DNA from: Laetmonice hystrix
Taxonomy: Eukaryota
Length of the DNA stretch: 64,000 nucleotides
NCBI GenBank assembly: GCA_965235115.1
Contig: OZ249450.1
Span: 21,824,001-21,888,000 of the forward strand
Direction: 5' to 3'
The position numbers and the translations under genes were made by a program. The notes under the pieces were generated by a model, which saw only the letters and a list, made by a program, of their open reading frames with translations, did not search any database and was not told where the DNA came from. Below, piece by piece: positions 25,623 through 38,825 of this stretch; the first letter of the stretch is position 1, and every line of letters starts with the position of its first letter.

Positions 25623-27514
25623 TTAAGTTTTACCTATCCCTATCCCTATCACCTCACTCTAATTTCGTGGAATGGTACCATGGGGAGACAACAACTCCGT
25701 TCACTGTATCAGCGGTGGAACCAGGCGTGAACACTAGGGATCATCTAAAACAATCGTAGAGATTAAGGCCGCCCTTGAGATCATCGCCAAACACGGTAAT
25801 CCATTCACTCCGTCGGAGCAGATTGCGGAAACCGTTCTGGTTTTCCAACCCGGCCATTTCTTACAGCTGCGGTACCATTTAGTGCATGAGACAGCAGGGA
25901 TACGGAATAGAATTGTTGTAGACAAATGAATGAGGCTCCCGTCGCACTAAGAGAACACATGACTTCCAAACCACAAGAAACATGCGACAGAAGCAAACAA
26001 AGAAAAGCGCGAAGGGAGGGAGAAAAACGGATTCGGATAATAAATCTAGTTCCACCATGCCATCGGTGATCGCTAAAAGCATAACGTTGTCAACCACCGT
26101 GCCCCATTGGAAGCAGCCTACGGTTCCAGCCCCAAAACGAATTGCTCAGCGGCAAGAATTGCTCTGCAGCAATGAGACAAACCTGAACCGTCGGTATAAC
26201 TCACTCTGGGGTCAGACTATCGGCAGCCATGTTCACGTGTCAATGCGATCTAAACGCCCCCAAATAGACACGACCACAATTGTATTAGTGGGGTGATTTC
26301 AGCAAGTCGGCGCCAAGCGACGGGTGCCTAGTCTCATTACACCCCACAGGCTCGGTAACTATACACTAGTGGTATTGGCAGTGTTAGTAGTCCCTAAAAA
26401 TGGGGCTTTGTTTCAGGATTTTTCATTGATTTACAATCATAGATTGTCGCTGAAGGCGGGCGACTCGCTATTGTTACGGATCCAATTCAGCGTATGGAAC
26501 ATTTGATAGAAGCGATGAAACCTAACCATTTTTGTAAAGTGAAAAGCCATGGAAGAGAAACGATTTTGATAACTTTGTACATTTATCGACACATACAATA
26601 CGTATCTCTGGTTAGTCTCTTTCAGACTCAATAACCAACCCGTACGATTGAAACGATTGGTCTTGGACGCTGTGAACGCGGCTATTGACCGGCTTTCGGT
26701 GGCTAATGCCATTTCATGTCGCAGCCAAAGGGGCGTATAGAGTGGAGCGCTGCCGGTCGGAGGGAGCCTGTGCGTGGCCTGGGGAACAGTACCTGACGGC
26801 TATTCCCCCAGGCCCACTCTCAACGATCAGTATCCAGGCCCGGGCTGAGTAACACACTATTCATCAGGGCCTTCACTGATCAACTCACCAACCGTCGGGA
26901 ACCATCGACGGCCTGGCCGCTAACATACCGCCGTCAAAAAGGCACGTCTGTGGGGGAGAGGTTGGGTGGGAGTCTCTCGGTACGGTTCGATTTAACGAGA
27001 GAATTTGCGTAAATCGTTCACTACTGCCTTTGTAGTCTACTATAGCGGTTCAGCGTGGGAACGTTCGGGTTAACAAACAGGTATAGGTATTCAGGAGAGA
27101 AGTCGATTTCTTACAAGCCTAGCCTGAGCTGTAAATAATAAACATATGAAAAGAGAACGCTCGCCCATGTGAGAAAATGATTTTTTTCAACTGCAAGCAC
27201 AGGGAGATTACATCATTTGTCCCATTAATATACCACTGGAACCTTTCATGTTTACGTTCTGCATGTATACTGTCGACAAGGGAAAAAATCAAACCTTATT
27301 TTCTGAATTGCCCCTTTAATGCCCAACGCCTATAGTGCTGTACATACTCCCCTCGAGCGGCGGATTACATAGGTGGTGTTTGGTTTGGGGCCTGTTAGTG
27401 TATCGTGGGTAAATCCCGACCATGAGATCAATATATGAAATTGGTGTTTACTGCTGATGGTTTGACACGGCCGACTGTCAAGGATGGAAGTGTCGGTTGT
27501 GTTAAAACTCGGGT

Positions 27515-27667
27515 CAGGGCCCGGTTTCAGAAAGGTTAGCATCTTAACTTAAGGTCTGCTTAGGGCCTCTCATTGGCTGGTTGAAGCTGAGCAGCAGAGG
27601 ACCAGCCTATCAGAGGTCCTAGGCAGACCTTAAGTTAAGATGTTAACCTTTCTAGAACCGGGCCCTG
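27515..27667. mobile_element. Palindromic hairpin MITE (Harbinger-like)
   Basis: CAGGGCCCGGTTTCAGAAAGGTTAGCATCTTAACTTAAGGTCTGC ... GCAGACCTTAAGTTAAGATGTTAACCTTTCTAGAACCGGGCCCTG; almost the whole length is an inverted repeat. Confidence 0.8.
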
Positions 27668-29197
27668 GTCAGATTGTCATGGTAATATTTTCACGAAATT
27701 TGGGAGTATCATCAATCCTAGCCTCAAATCTAACAAATGATCAGCCAATCAGAAGCGTTCAGCTTAAGCTTAAGCTTAAGCACGTTCTTAGGTTTTTACG
27801 AACCGAGCTCAGACCTCCCCTGGAAAAAAACGGTATCATATCCTGAGCCCTTTGCGTAATCCCAACCGCCGGATTCGTGGGGGTTCTACCATAGGTCCCA
27901 GGTTGGACTGGTGTTTTTATTTTCAGCACCCTAGGTCTTAGGCTGCTGAAGAATGAGTAAAATTGCCCAAATCTCTATTGAATCGCAAATGTAACATTTC
28001 AAACCAAACATATGTCAATAAATTTAAGCATTATACTTCTGTCCATTCTTTCCATAAGATTCTTCCATCCTGGGTTGCCAGGTGATTTAACACCACTTCA
28101 AACGGGTAAATACCCCGGAAAATAATTACCCTCCGAGTCAACTACCGCTGGCATCTATCGAATATTAAAATGCCAGAAGAATAAGCTTTAGGAATTTCAC
28201 AGTGAAGTACAAAATACATGACTGTAACATGCAGTCAGCAAAAGTCACTTTTTTTTCATTCTTTCAACTGCATAAGTTCTACAGATAATGAATTGCATGT
28301 AGTCACGTCAATCAGGTACCTTTTTCTTAAGGTTATCATATGGCCCCTTGCATGTCGGGCAAGTTTTTCCCAGCGCAATTAGCAAGCTCGACTTCTGCTA
28401 CCTGGAGCTTATCTACAGACGTCAGGCACGTCTGAAAACTTTGAAGTTGTTGCTTGCTCAGTCTGGAAGGGTGAGTATCATTGTTTCTGGGAGTGGCTCC
28501 CTCAAAGTTCCAATTGTCAGGTGTGAGACTTGGCCTCTGCCGCTGGGAACTGTTATACATGTGTACATCAATTATTTTGGCGGAATCTGGGAGCGGGTCT
28601 TGCGTATACACGACAATGACAGCACAGCTGGCTAATGGACTGCTATTTCTCAGCGTTGCTGCCGATGCAGGAGCGAATTATTTCAATGTGCCATGTATGT
28701 GGGGGGAAAGATGAACAAGGTGGCAGTTCCGTCCGTCTGTCTCCACTCGTGGTTCTATCGGAGTCAAGTTTGAGACAGTTTGCATTCAGTTCAAACCAAG
28801 GCGCGTCAAAACTCACAATAGAACCTATCTCTGACTCTGTCTCTCTCTCCCAGTGGAACAAAACCTCCTGCGCATATTATGCCTATCTCTCTAACGGTAC
28901 CGTGTCGTGCCAATATCTGTTAGATTTATGGGATGACAGAATTGGTACAAGCACACTGCCATTTTTCTCCTTGATGCTTGGGTTAACTAGTATGGGATCC
29001 CATCGTCCTGTCCGATCATTGTATCTCCAGAGTGTGCCATGATTCAGTTGATACATATTCACAGCTCATATTCATCCCTGATTCTAAATGTGCTATGTGT
29101 GATGTATTTTACGGTACACACACTGTCGACATCAAAGTCTGTCATTACTGCATTCCGTCACTGCAGGACCTTGCCTATTTCCCCATAATATGCTCAA

Positions 29198-29416
29198 CAG
29201 GATGGGCCAGAAAAAGTAGCATATTTATGTTATCTAAACACACAAACAACGAATTAATCATAGGAAAAGAAATATTCTTTAATGAAATATGACGCCAAAA
29301 CCATCCGATTAGGTTGACTAGCTTTTTAAAATATCTAGTCTGTGTTTTAACATGTCTAGCTTCAATTCTACGGTACGCCGGAAATATGCGAATCCCTTTT
29401 TTTCTGGACCACCCTG
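29198..29416. mobile_element. Tc1/mariner-like MITE
   Basis: Left CAGGATGGGCCAGAAAAA; right end reverse-complements to CAGGGTGGTCCAGAAAAA followed by TA. Confidence 0.65.
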
Positions 29417-29775
29417 TATGTAAACACAATTCTATACACAGAGTGTGGGAGATGATCGTCATCCCGTCGTGGCCTGTAGCTATAGGCCACCAACATTTCG
29501 GTACAGAGGCCGGTATCCCTGGCAATACTGCCGTGGCACAGTGAGGAGATTCACACCCTGGCCTGAGATTTACCTGAGAGAAAACCAAAGTTTCCCTGAA
29601 AGAACCTACATATCATTATGATTAAACAGGCATTGTCTTCCTCACACCCCTACGGCCAACCCAGCCTCCATGCATTTAGATACAGTTTTCGTTCACTTCC
29701 AAAAATGTTGACAACCATACTGATCTCTGAGAGTTAAACAAATTGCATTAATTAATAAATTCATTTTGAAATTCT

Positions 29776-29833
29776 AAGCTTAACGCTTCTAACTGGCTGG
29801 TCTAAGCAGACCAGCCAATCAAAAGCATTAAGC
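29776..29833. repeat. Core of the CTGATTGGCTG/CAGCCAATCAG hairpin MITE family
   Basis: AAGCTTAACGCTTCTAACTGGCTGGTCTAAGCAGACCAGCCAATCAAAAGCATTAAGC; same family as ~1985-2034, 25215-25274 and ~27744-27782. Confidence 0.65.
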
Positions 29834-32376
29834 GTGTAGGGCCTAGAATCACAAGCTTCACACGTCTAAATTGAAGGTATGAGCAAACAACTTTACCAGG
29901 CCTTTCTTGTTAACCATGAGTCTTGCAGTCAAGCATACATATATAAACCTACATGGAAATTTATGATTGGACCTACATATCTCTACCCGCCCACCCCAGT
30001 ACCATGAAACCTGCTTTTTTGATTAATCACATAATAATTTACTGTAACAGCAGACGCCAGCTGTTAATTAACAGCGCCGCGCGTTCTCTTCAAAGGCTTA
30101 CTAGAATGTCAACTTATTTTGGTTGTGGCACACTTGGGTGAGCACGCCAATTAAAATAATTTAAACAGTAATCAGCCATAATTGCTGTCCATTTGAGATC
30201 ATTAAACGCGTGAAATACGATGCAGATTTCTCACTTAGAGTCTCAATGTTAACATTAGAAGTAGCCCAGTGGAAGCTCTTGGCAATTACATGCACTTGGC
30301 TGGTCCATATTACGGGAGGAAAGGACGTTTCTGTATTTCCCGTCCTCTTTAATTTTGCGTTAATCAATTCCGACAGGCTCCCGTTCTGTCCAGCACGGGT
30401 CTTAGCGTTGTCCGATTTTAAACCGCCGGTGTTGATTTTCAAATGATTGCATCCTCTACTGTCAGCGTTTTATTCAGTTATCCGGAGGACCTGCTGGAAT
30501 GGCACATTGCTTTACAACAAAGGAGGGCTGAAATGGTGCCGTTTAGGCAAACATGACGTCTTGGTCAGGCTAAGAAAAATATTTTCTTGTCCCCACACGC
30601 GACACTTCCCCGTTGAGGCTTTGATTATCGTTTTCGTCAAGATTTATTCATGTAACCAACAACAATCGGCATTTGTCTGGCTGCATCTAAACAAAATAAA
30701 AATTTTAAACCATTTTTAAAAAGAGAGGACACCGACCAGATTTTCATTAAAAGGGACAAGAAACAAAACATTTTTGGCCTAAAGTGTGCAGAAAAGTGTT
30801 CAGGCGCACGCTAGAAACACGACTCCACAATGTGGAAATTACGGCTTCAGAAACATAGGACCCGAGACAAATATTATTGACACCAAACCTGCGCTGCGAA
30901 TCGGACTACAGTGTGACTACGTCATAATTGTAATGTTCTTATATCGATTCCGTCTCAAATAATGAGTTTGCCGGACTTCAAATGCCGTGCGGCGATGGCG
31001 GGGTCCTTCACATACAGATGGCTATTCTCAGCGGAAAGCGTTGAACGTTTAGTTTAGTCTGAGGGATGGATCCGCTGGGCGCTTGCATTCGCATGAATCG
31101 AATCGGAAAATACGACCCCTATGGGCAAGTAAACAATCCGTCTTACAATAATTAGGATACTTCTATAGAGAAAACACACCTGAAACCATCACATTGGAAA
31201 ACACAAAAACCACCAACGCTTGTGTGCATCCAGGTTTTAAGCACAGTCCTACTAGATCTATTCCTCTGGAACTATTGGAGTCTGAAATGGACTGGAAGTA
31301 CTTGCACTCTTCAAACCTGTAATTCACTTGTTCGAACTGTGCGCAAATAGAGGAGACCGCTGCCGCACCGCAGACCGATCATAAAGCAGAAACCAAGATT
31401 GGCTTTAATCAGGAAATGCGAGATGAATTACATTGGACTTTTGTGATGAGATGTGAGTACAAAGATCCTCTCAACCACAGAACCTCCCAGATTGATCTGA
31501 ATTAATGTTGTGGGGGTACCTTCTTATATTCCGTCTCCACAGCATTAATTCCCATCGGTCGTTTTGTCGATTTCAAAGGACTCTTTCCTCACAATGCGGA
31601 GTTTGCTTTTTTTAGATATTTTGATTAACAGTTTTTAAACGTTCATCCTAAAAAAAAGGTTCAGGACATATTGAATTATACATGATCAAAATGTGTTGTG
31701 CATGTTGCTGTAGCATAAATCCTGCCATGTGTGCTTGTCTTAATGCAATTATATTATTGTCATTACTCAACATCAACCTATCCATCTTCAGTCTTTTCTT
31801 TAAGAGCAGAAATTAAGAACGGCCGTAGTGCTTCTTTAATATAATTAAAACTGGTTCTTATTGAAAATCGTCATCCATCCCTGTGATCTTTAATAATTTA
31901 TCTGCAATTTTACGTCATTCCCAATCTCAAGGCAATTACAGTCGTAAAACGGCAAGTGCGAAGTCACAAAGCAAACAAATGGAAAACAGATCACATATAT
32001 TAAATTCTCATCTTTCTCAACTGGAGACGTTCGATCGATACGGTCTGTGGTTTATTACTGACAGACGAGTCACTTGCCCTTCCAATATCAAGCAGTGTAA
32101 ATAATTTAACAGGGTGTAGATAACACCAAAGTCAGGCTGCCCTATCATGTCCTTGCACGGCTCACTCGTTTTTCATTGCAGCCGATAGGTGGCGTTCTTA
32201 AATGACGGGTTTCCAATTGCTGTTTCCGGTTTCGTTTTGGCTGCTCGTACTGAACGCATCAAATTTAATGGATGTATTTATCAGAGACATACCGAACAGG
32301 CATCCATTGATAGCGATGAAAGTCCTAATCGTGTTAATATTAATGCACGACGGCACTTTCCTCCCCCGGATATTAA

Positions 32377-32454
32377 AGGCCAACTTGCGGGAGTACACTA
32401 CCGCGGCTAACGGCTATGAATACGAGGGGTCACGTGACTTTACCCAGTGGGCCT
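32377..32454. mobile_element. 78-bp TTAA-flanked mini-element (Kolobok-like)
   Basis: TTAA|AGGCCAACT ... AGTGGGCCT|TTAA; the adjacent tandem unit lacks it and shows a single TTAA. Confidence 0.7.
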
Positions 32455-34395
32455 TTAAGCTATGTTATTTCTGAGTTCGGTTTTCGCACGGACATACCGA
32501 ACAGGAATCCATTGACAGCGATGAATATCCTAATCGTATACGTACACGGTGGGGCTTTCCTCTCTCGGATATTAAGTTATATTATTTCTGAGTTCGGTTT
32601 TCCCCACGGGCATCCATATATTTCGTTGGATGCTCCCCACCACCACCACCCAATACACACCCTTTCCTCAAAGTTATAATTTTCTGCGTAGGAGCCTGTT
32701 TATATGTGTATTTTAATATCCAATTAGATGAATATATTTTCAAGTGTCCGAGCCACTTCCGGTATGCGGGCTTGTGTTGGTCACGTGACCACCTTGGCGG
32801 CCTTTACGATCAAGTGGACGTCGTTTTTTTTCTTCTTTTCTCTCCATTGTATTTTGTTTTCTCTTATGTTTTTCTTCTAGCATTTCTATAATAAATGCCG
32901 GAGCACATCTCTGGTTTACGGCAACCATGCGATGTTTTGTTGTCATTAGCTCACACCATAAAATATAACATCTTATAACCCTATACATTTATACCCAATA
33001 TCATGACACACTTTAACTTTAGACCTGGCTGTACTAAGCCTTTTTATGTGAATATAACTAACTATAATAAGTTTCCATTGCTTATGTGTATACAACATGG
33101 CCGCTTCACACAAAAGGAAGATGCCTAAGACTTAAACATTGAGCTCTAGTATCGCTTACGAATGAGCTTGCCGCACATAACTATCGTTCGTGTCTTGAGA
33201 ACAAAGACTGAAGGCAACACACCGCCAAAACAGAGCTAACAGACGACACAGAATATCACCTGGAAATTAAGGCAACTAGACGGAAACCATGGCAACACGT
33301 TCGTGATAAATTCACACTGGGTGTCGGGTTTCATTCAATCTATTGACTGCAATCTTCCCGCCCGTGGCAGTTTACACGACGCATTGTCTTAGCTTTTCTA
33401 TTTCATTTTCCTGCAGGAAATTTCAGCGGAGACTAATAGTTTCAACATCACATAAAGATTTCCGAACGCTACTGTATTAAAACCATGGTCCAAAGGAACA
33501 ACGGAATCCGGATTCAAGGGGGGTGGGGGTAACAACCCCCCCCCCCCCCCTTGGCAAACAATGTTTCTTTTTTCCTCATAGAACTTTCTGAATTGACCAT
33601 GCTGACCCAACCCCAACCCCACTTCCAGCCAAGCAAATTACCGCCCCCGCCCCATCCCTTACCAAAACCATGGACCCCCCCCCCCCCCCCCCCCCTCCAG
33701 GAAGATATCACTACATTTGGATTCCCCTCCCGCGCCCTTGAGGTGGAGGGATTGGGAACCAATCTATTGCTCTTGTCTACACAGACCCGGGTGTCATATC
33801 TGTACGTGGGTCCACCGTGCTTAGCCTAGCTATCTGTGCTGTCACAATGCTCCTCTTCCGACCAAATGGACATCGTATCTGTTCATCCATAGCCACCCTT
33901 TCAAAGCGCTACGTGAGCAGAAGACAGCTTGATCACAACGTCTGGTTGTCTGGAGACCAAGGGAAGGACACAGGGCCGATAGTGAGAGTACGATACGTAC
34001 GATACCTCAAATCATACATCCATGACCTTCCACGAACACAGGCAGGCAATGCGCAGGTTTTGAATAATTTCTATTTCTAGCTGATGAAACAGGCATCAAA
34101 ATTACCAGTTGTGTACAAAGTGACGCCCTGAAATTGCTAGGGAAGCTTAAGAACATCAGCTGGTAATTTACGGCATGGTCCGTTGTCCATCTACGTCCCA
34201 ATTTCTTATGTAATATGACAGGGCGACTCATTCTCAGCCAATCTACACCATGTCGCATTACATAATAATGATGGCGGCTTTATACGATTACCGCAACCAA
34301 ATGGCAAACCAGGTATTGTTGGACACACGGTATCAACACAGAAGATGAAACAAGAGTGAATTACCAGAGATCAATAATACAGGGAATGTGAGGGA

Positions 34396-34549
34396 NNNNN
34401 NNNNNNNNNNNNNNNNNNNNNNNNNNNNNNNNNNNNNNNNNNNNNNNNNNNNNNNNNNNNNNNNNNNNNNNNNNNNNNNNNNNNNNNNNNNNNNNNNNNN
34501 NNNNNNNNNNNNNNNNNNNNNNNNNNNNNNNNNNNNNNNNNNNNNNNNN
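34396..34549. other. Assembly gap (N run), flanked by AG-rich simple sequence
   Basis: 154 Ns. Confidence 0.99.
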
Positions 34550-36917
34550 CAGACAGATACAGAGAGAGAGGCAGTGATAGACATGAGACAAAGTTGAATG
34601 TATTTCATGAAAACCTACCCCTTAACCTGAATGCGTTCGCAGGTCTACCTCCATGGAAAAGCAAAATGCCATAGAAAGCCGTCAATATCGACACTTGATG
34701 CGCTTGAAGTCGACGAAGCCACAGAGACCAATACAGCATCGTCAACACGTGCGCCTGCGATCGCCTACAATCGGGCGGCATTTTTTATGCTCTTCCTTCC
34801 CCCAAAGTAAAGAGTGTCACAAACGATTGTAATGTTCTTTCTTTCTGTGTATATCACCTTAGGCTCTCCCCTTTATCTCTACGTATGTCCGGGTCTTTGA
34901 CGCGAGGCCTCGTCACATCAACGTGCTCACTATACCTGTCCGTCGGTACAGGAGCGTTTATGATCCCATTCAGGTATGTACGGCTGCTCTCAACCTCAGA
35001 GGATGAATTACAACTGGCTGTACCGGCTGTACGTCTTCCACTATCGGAAACAAGTGGTAGGCGCATAAAACTCGGTGAAATATTTCCGGGAAAGTTTCTT
35101 ATGCACCACCTCGAATCAAGAACACTTTTGGGTAAATCTTTCCTTGGCTGAATTGAATGCACTTTGTTTTGTAAAGTTCAGATCCATCTTTCACATCAGA
35201 TGGTCCTGGGAAATATTCCACCTGGTGATCTGGGTGTCCATATGTCTTGGCTGCAGTATTCCTGATGCCGTTTTATAGCAGTAATCTGCTCAAGTCCCGG
35301 GAGTTGTCGAAGGCGGTCTTTTGTATCAGCCCCTTTCATTGGATGGAGTTATCTGGGCTTGTCGCCAGGTGCCACAAACTCGTTCCAAAGCACATGAGCA
35401 TTGTTCACTGCACGTTAGGGGCGGTTCACTTTGAGCGCCCGTCATAAACGAGGCCTGACGCTTTACGACGGACTGTCGGGATCCCTCAACACCACAGCGT
35501 TCATTCATAATACCACTCACTGGCTCAACCACCGCCACCTATTGCATGACGCCGTCAGCTAGGGGTCAGCCACTGCCCAGCCCCTGATGATCCACGATAG
35601 TTCCTCCAGCCATCATCACTCAGTGGACAATCTCCACATCCATATGGATTGATTCACGTGTTCTATGGATGCGAGCACCTGCAGCATGGTTTCACTTTCA
35701 CACCAAGCCAATCATCTGCCACATCACGTGTTGGGCCTTTACTTACGCGGGCCGCTCCTCTCGTCTCCTACAGACGACTGCCATGTGCCCTTATGAATCC
35801 TCTTAAATTCGATCCTGTGGCGTTGCCGCTGACGTGAGATTGGGGGCCCGGGTTGTATATGGCGGTAAGGTGCTGCCATATAAAGATTTCACCGCCCTCC
35901 AGGTCGATGACCCGTGAAGGGGTCCTCACCCCTTGAAAGTTGAAGTGCCATATCGTGTTGACCTTTTGGGAGCATCTTTCAGATATCTCTGCTCCGCAGG
36001 TCATGAGGCTATACATCTATACGGACAGTCAGTCCAGAGGGCAGATTTCCCATCTATACCTCAACGATCGCCGTAGTGGGTGGTTGGATCGGATTGGGTG
36101 CAGTTATGATCATAATGGCCGGTTATAGCCCATTAACTTGCTGAAAATTACTGCTATTACACGGACATACCTAAATTAACAAATTAAGGTCAGACTATTA
36201 TGTCCGGCATATGTGTTAGCCAGGCGACTAATGGGCTTCAGCGATTAGGTATGATTTGATGGATACTTCATCATGGATACTTCATCGAGGGGGGGGGGCA
36301 GACAATTGCCTATATGTTGGGTTATATTACCGGTTATTCTTTGTATTTATGTTATAAAATCTATTCAAAGCTAGGCTTCTCAATCTGTGAATTTGCTCGG
36401 AGTAGCTGAGTCACGTGACTTGCAGCGGACTACGACTCTGCCGTCTAGAAACTGTAGGGAAACAAATCGTTTACCCACAATGCACGGGTGATAATGTCTA
36501 CATGTAGAGGTCTAAAAGTAGCCCAGAAAAATAGTTTACATTTTAATTGTTTAAAATTATATTTGAAGCATATTTGAACCATTTAAAGAAAATGAAATAA
36601 GTTATAAGTAACATCTAATAATGTAATTAATGTTTGATTTAAATTATTGTGCGAGTATTAGGTCTTGCACATGTCCATGTTGACAGATCGTCAGTAGTCT
36701 CGGCCTATCCCAAAATCCTCAACCAGAAGAGGTTCAGTAAAACCGACCTCTGGTGGAAGGGTAAAAACGGCCGTGGGAACGATGCCTATGTGCAGGGGTC
36801 GATCGGGTCCTCCACCATGGGAGGAGTCCATGGTTATCTATCGACTTAACAGGGATTTTGGCCTAATAAGACTCGATTCGGAGCAACACTATATAGACAT
36901 GAATATTACAAGACGAT

Positions 36918-37012
36918 CGGGCACGAATCCAAGGGGGGGGGGGCGCAGGGGGCACTTGGCCGTATGCGCCCCCCCCTCCCCTCCCTTTAAAAACATCCTA
37001 GATCCGTGCCTG
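36918..37012. mobile_element. Solo hAT-like poly-G/C MITE
   Basis: CGGGCACGAATCCAAG ... CTAGATCCGTGCCTG inverted ends. Confidence 0.65.
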
Positions 37013-37312
37013 CAAGTGTGTAGTTGGAGGGCATGACATTTTGCAGCCGTGTGTGTTACTGGGTTAAGAGGTCTATAATAGTATAAAAGCACGTTAAAGA
37101 ACTAGAATTCTCTGATGAAAAATTGGCGTTAAGTAAGTTAAAGCCTTACCATGAAATCATCTGCGAGAACTGGTAGACCTGGCTGTAGCGTGGTGAAGAC
37201 GGATTATACAGGACTAATCGACCAATGACCATCAGCACGACGATCCAGTGGTGATCTGCAATCATGTCACTATTAGTCGGGTATGGCAGTTTTTCAGCTC
37301 AACAGCCGGACC

Positions 37313-37511
37313 CATGGGCGGATACAGGAATTTTTTATTGGGGGGGGGGGGGCTAACCAACGGGCAAAAAACATATTATTACGCCTAGGTCTAAAACATA
37401 TGATAAATATTATCAAATTGGATGATAAAAGAAAGTAGGAATAACATCTGGCTAGAACCCCCTTACCCCCCCCCCCCCGCCGCCGCCCCCCCCCCCTTGG
37501 ATCCGCTTATT
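37313..37511. mobile_element. Solo hAT-like poly-G/C MITE related to copies in the 15.5-18.4 kb nest
   Basis: CATGGGCGGATACAGG ... CTTGGATCCGC ends; internal GGGGGCTAACC..GCAAAAA..TATGATAAATAT shared with ~16440-16510. Confidence 0.6.
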
Positions 37512-38721
37512 TTTATTTTATTTTTTTTTCTGATCTAGATACATGTATCAAGGTTTAACTTTGGACAAACCACCTGTAAACTGTAAAAGTTACCAAAACG
37601 AATCAGTCAACCAATCTGTTGGAATTACACTATTAGAATACTTAAAACATGAGATTGAACGTGCATGGGGCAGAAAATCCTACCCTGCCATTGAAAAGCG
37701 CATGCCTGAAGACTAGATAGGCCTAATAGCCTACTCACGAATGGGTTAAATTTTTTATACATACCTGCAGCAGCTCTAGCCTATACTATACCAGTCAAAA
37801 CTCCATGAGGTGACAGAAAATGGTCTTCTTGGAGCTGGGGACTTTGAAACACCTTGACTTGAGTGGACGCTTGCGAAAATTCATCCATCGAAGTTTAAAA
37901 AACAAGTGACGGATTAACCGAAACCGCTCAGTGGGTCCTTTATGGGCAAAAATGCCAAAATATTTTTTTTAAGATTGGAACTAGGTCTATAATAGGCCTA
38001 TATACCTGCCCTAGGCCGTCCTAAAAGCGTTTCCATGTCTACAATCGTACTATACGTAACGTACACATGGAAACGCTCCCATACGAAATTAGATCTACTA
38101 GACAAAAAAACGATCGAATCGGAAACGGAAACGGATAACGGAAACACGTGGAAACCCAGCCCACATAGGCCTATATAGAGGTCTAGGCCTATCATCCAGA
38201 TTTGGTAAGGGGGTGGGGTGGGAGAAGGGCGTGTAGATCTAGCCCCCTCCCCCCCCCCCCCCCCCCTGGATCTGCCGATAAGCCTAGTATAAATGGTAGG
38301 CCTAATTAGGCACAGAGTCTATGCTATCACGTACAGACATAGTCGTCGAGCCTTACCAGGAAATAAACATTACCCCGGCAAGGATGCATCCTTGCTGAGC
38401 TACAGACACCACACATGTAACCTACATCACCTGAGGTACAACGACCAGTCAGGTGTTCTTACACCTACATTAATGTCACTCCAAGTTACATGAACCATCT
38501 CCTAACGACATGAGGAAGCCCCACGCCACAGCTGTAACCCGTTACGGGATAAAGTTTAAAGAGGATCCGTTGGCGTTGCACTTTCAGGGCCAGGGAAGCT
38601 AACGTTAGGCTAGCATTCTTAGACTTGGCTTCAGGCCCAACCATCTCATTTCTTCGCTTTAAAGTCAGTTTATCGGTGTTATAAGTGATACAAATATATA
38701 CATCATCAACTCGTCGCTTAC

Positions 38722-38825
38722 CGTGAATGAAATCTTTGGCATACCATGAGAATGAAGAGAAATCCTGACAGAATCGTTCCCACCTGACATGTGCTCGGCC
38801 TGGACCGTGGCGCCCGGGACGCCAT
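38722..38825 (-). CDS. Candidate first coding exon (signal-peptide-like), possibly of the CUB gene
   Basis: MASRAPRSRPSTCQVGTILSGFLFILMVCQRFHS followed by donor GTAAGC (phase 2); GC-rich context with two AGATGGCG motifs. Link to the CUB exons is inference only. Confidence 0.35.

Noticed and set aside
28330-29050. Possible LINE ORF1 relic (ILARHGTVREIG; CPTCKGPY) on the minus strand
   Set aside because: Multiple stops, only short motif-level resemblance, and no adjacent RT found.
34850-36040. Transposase-like snippets (AVNNAHVLW piggyBac-like; FPEIFHRVLCAYH MULE-like)
   Set aside because: The two snippets point to different superfamilies and lack catalytic context or TIRs.
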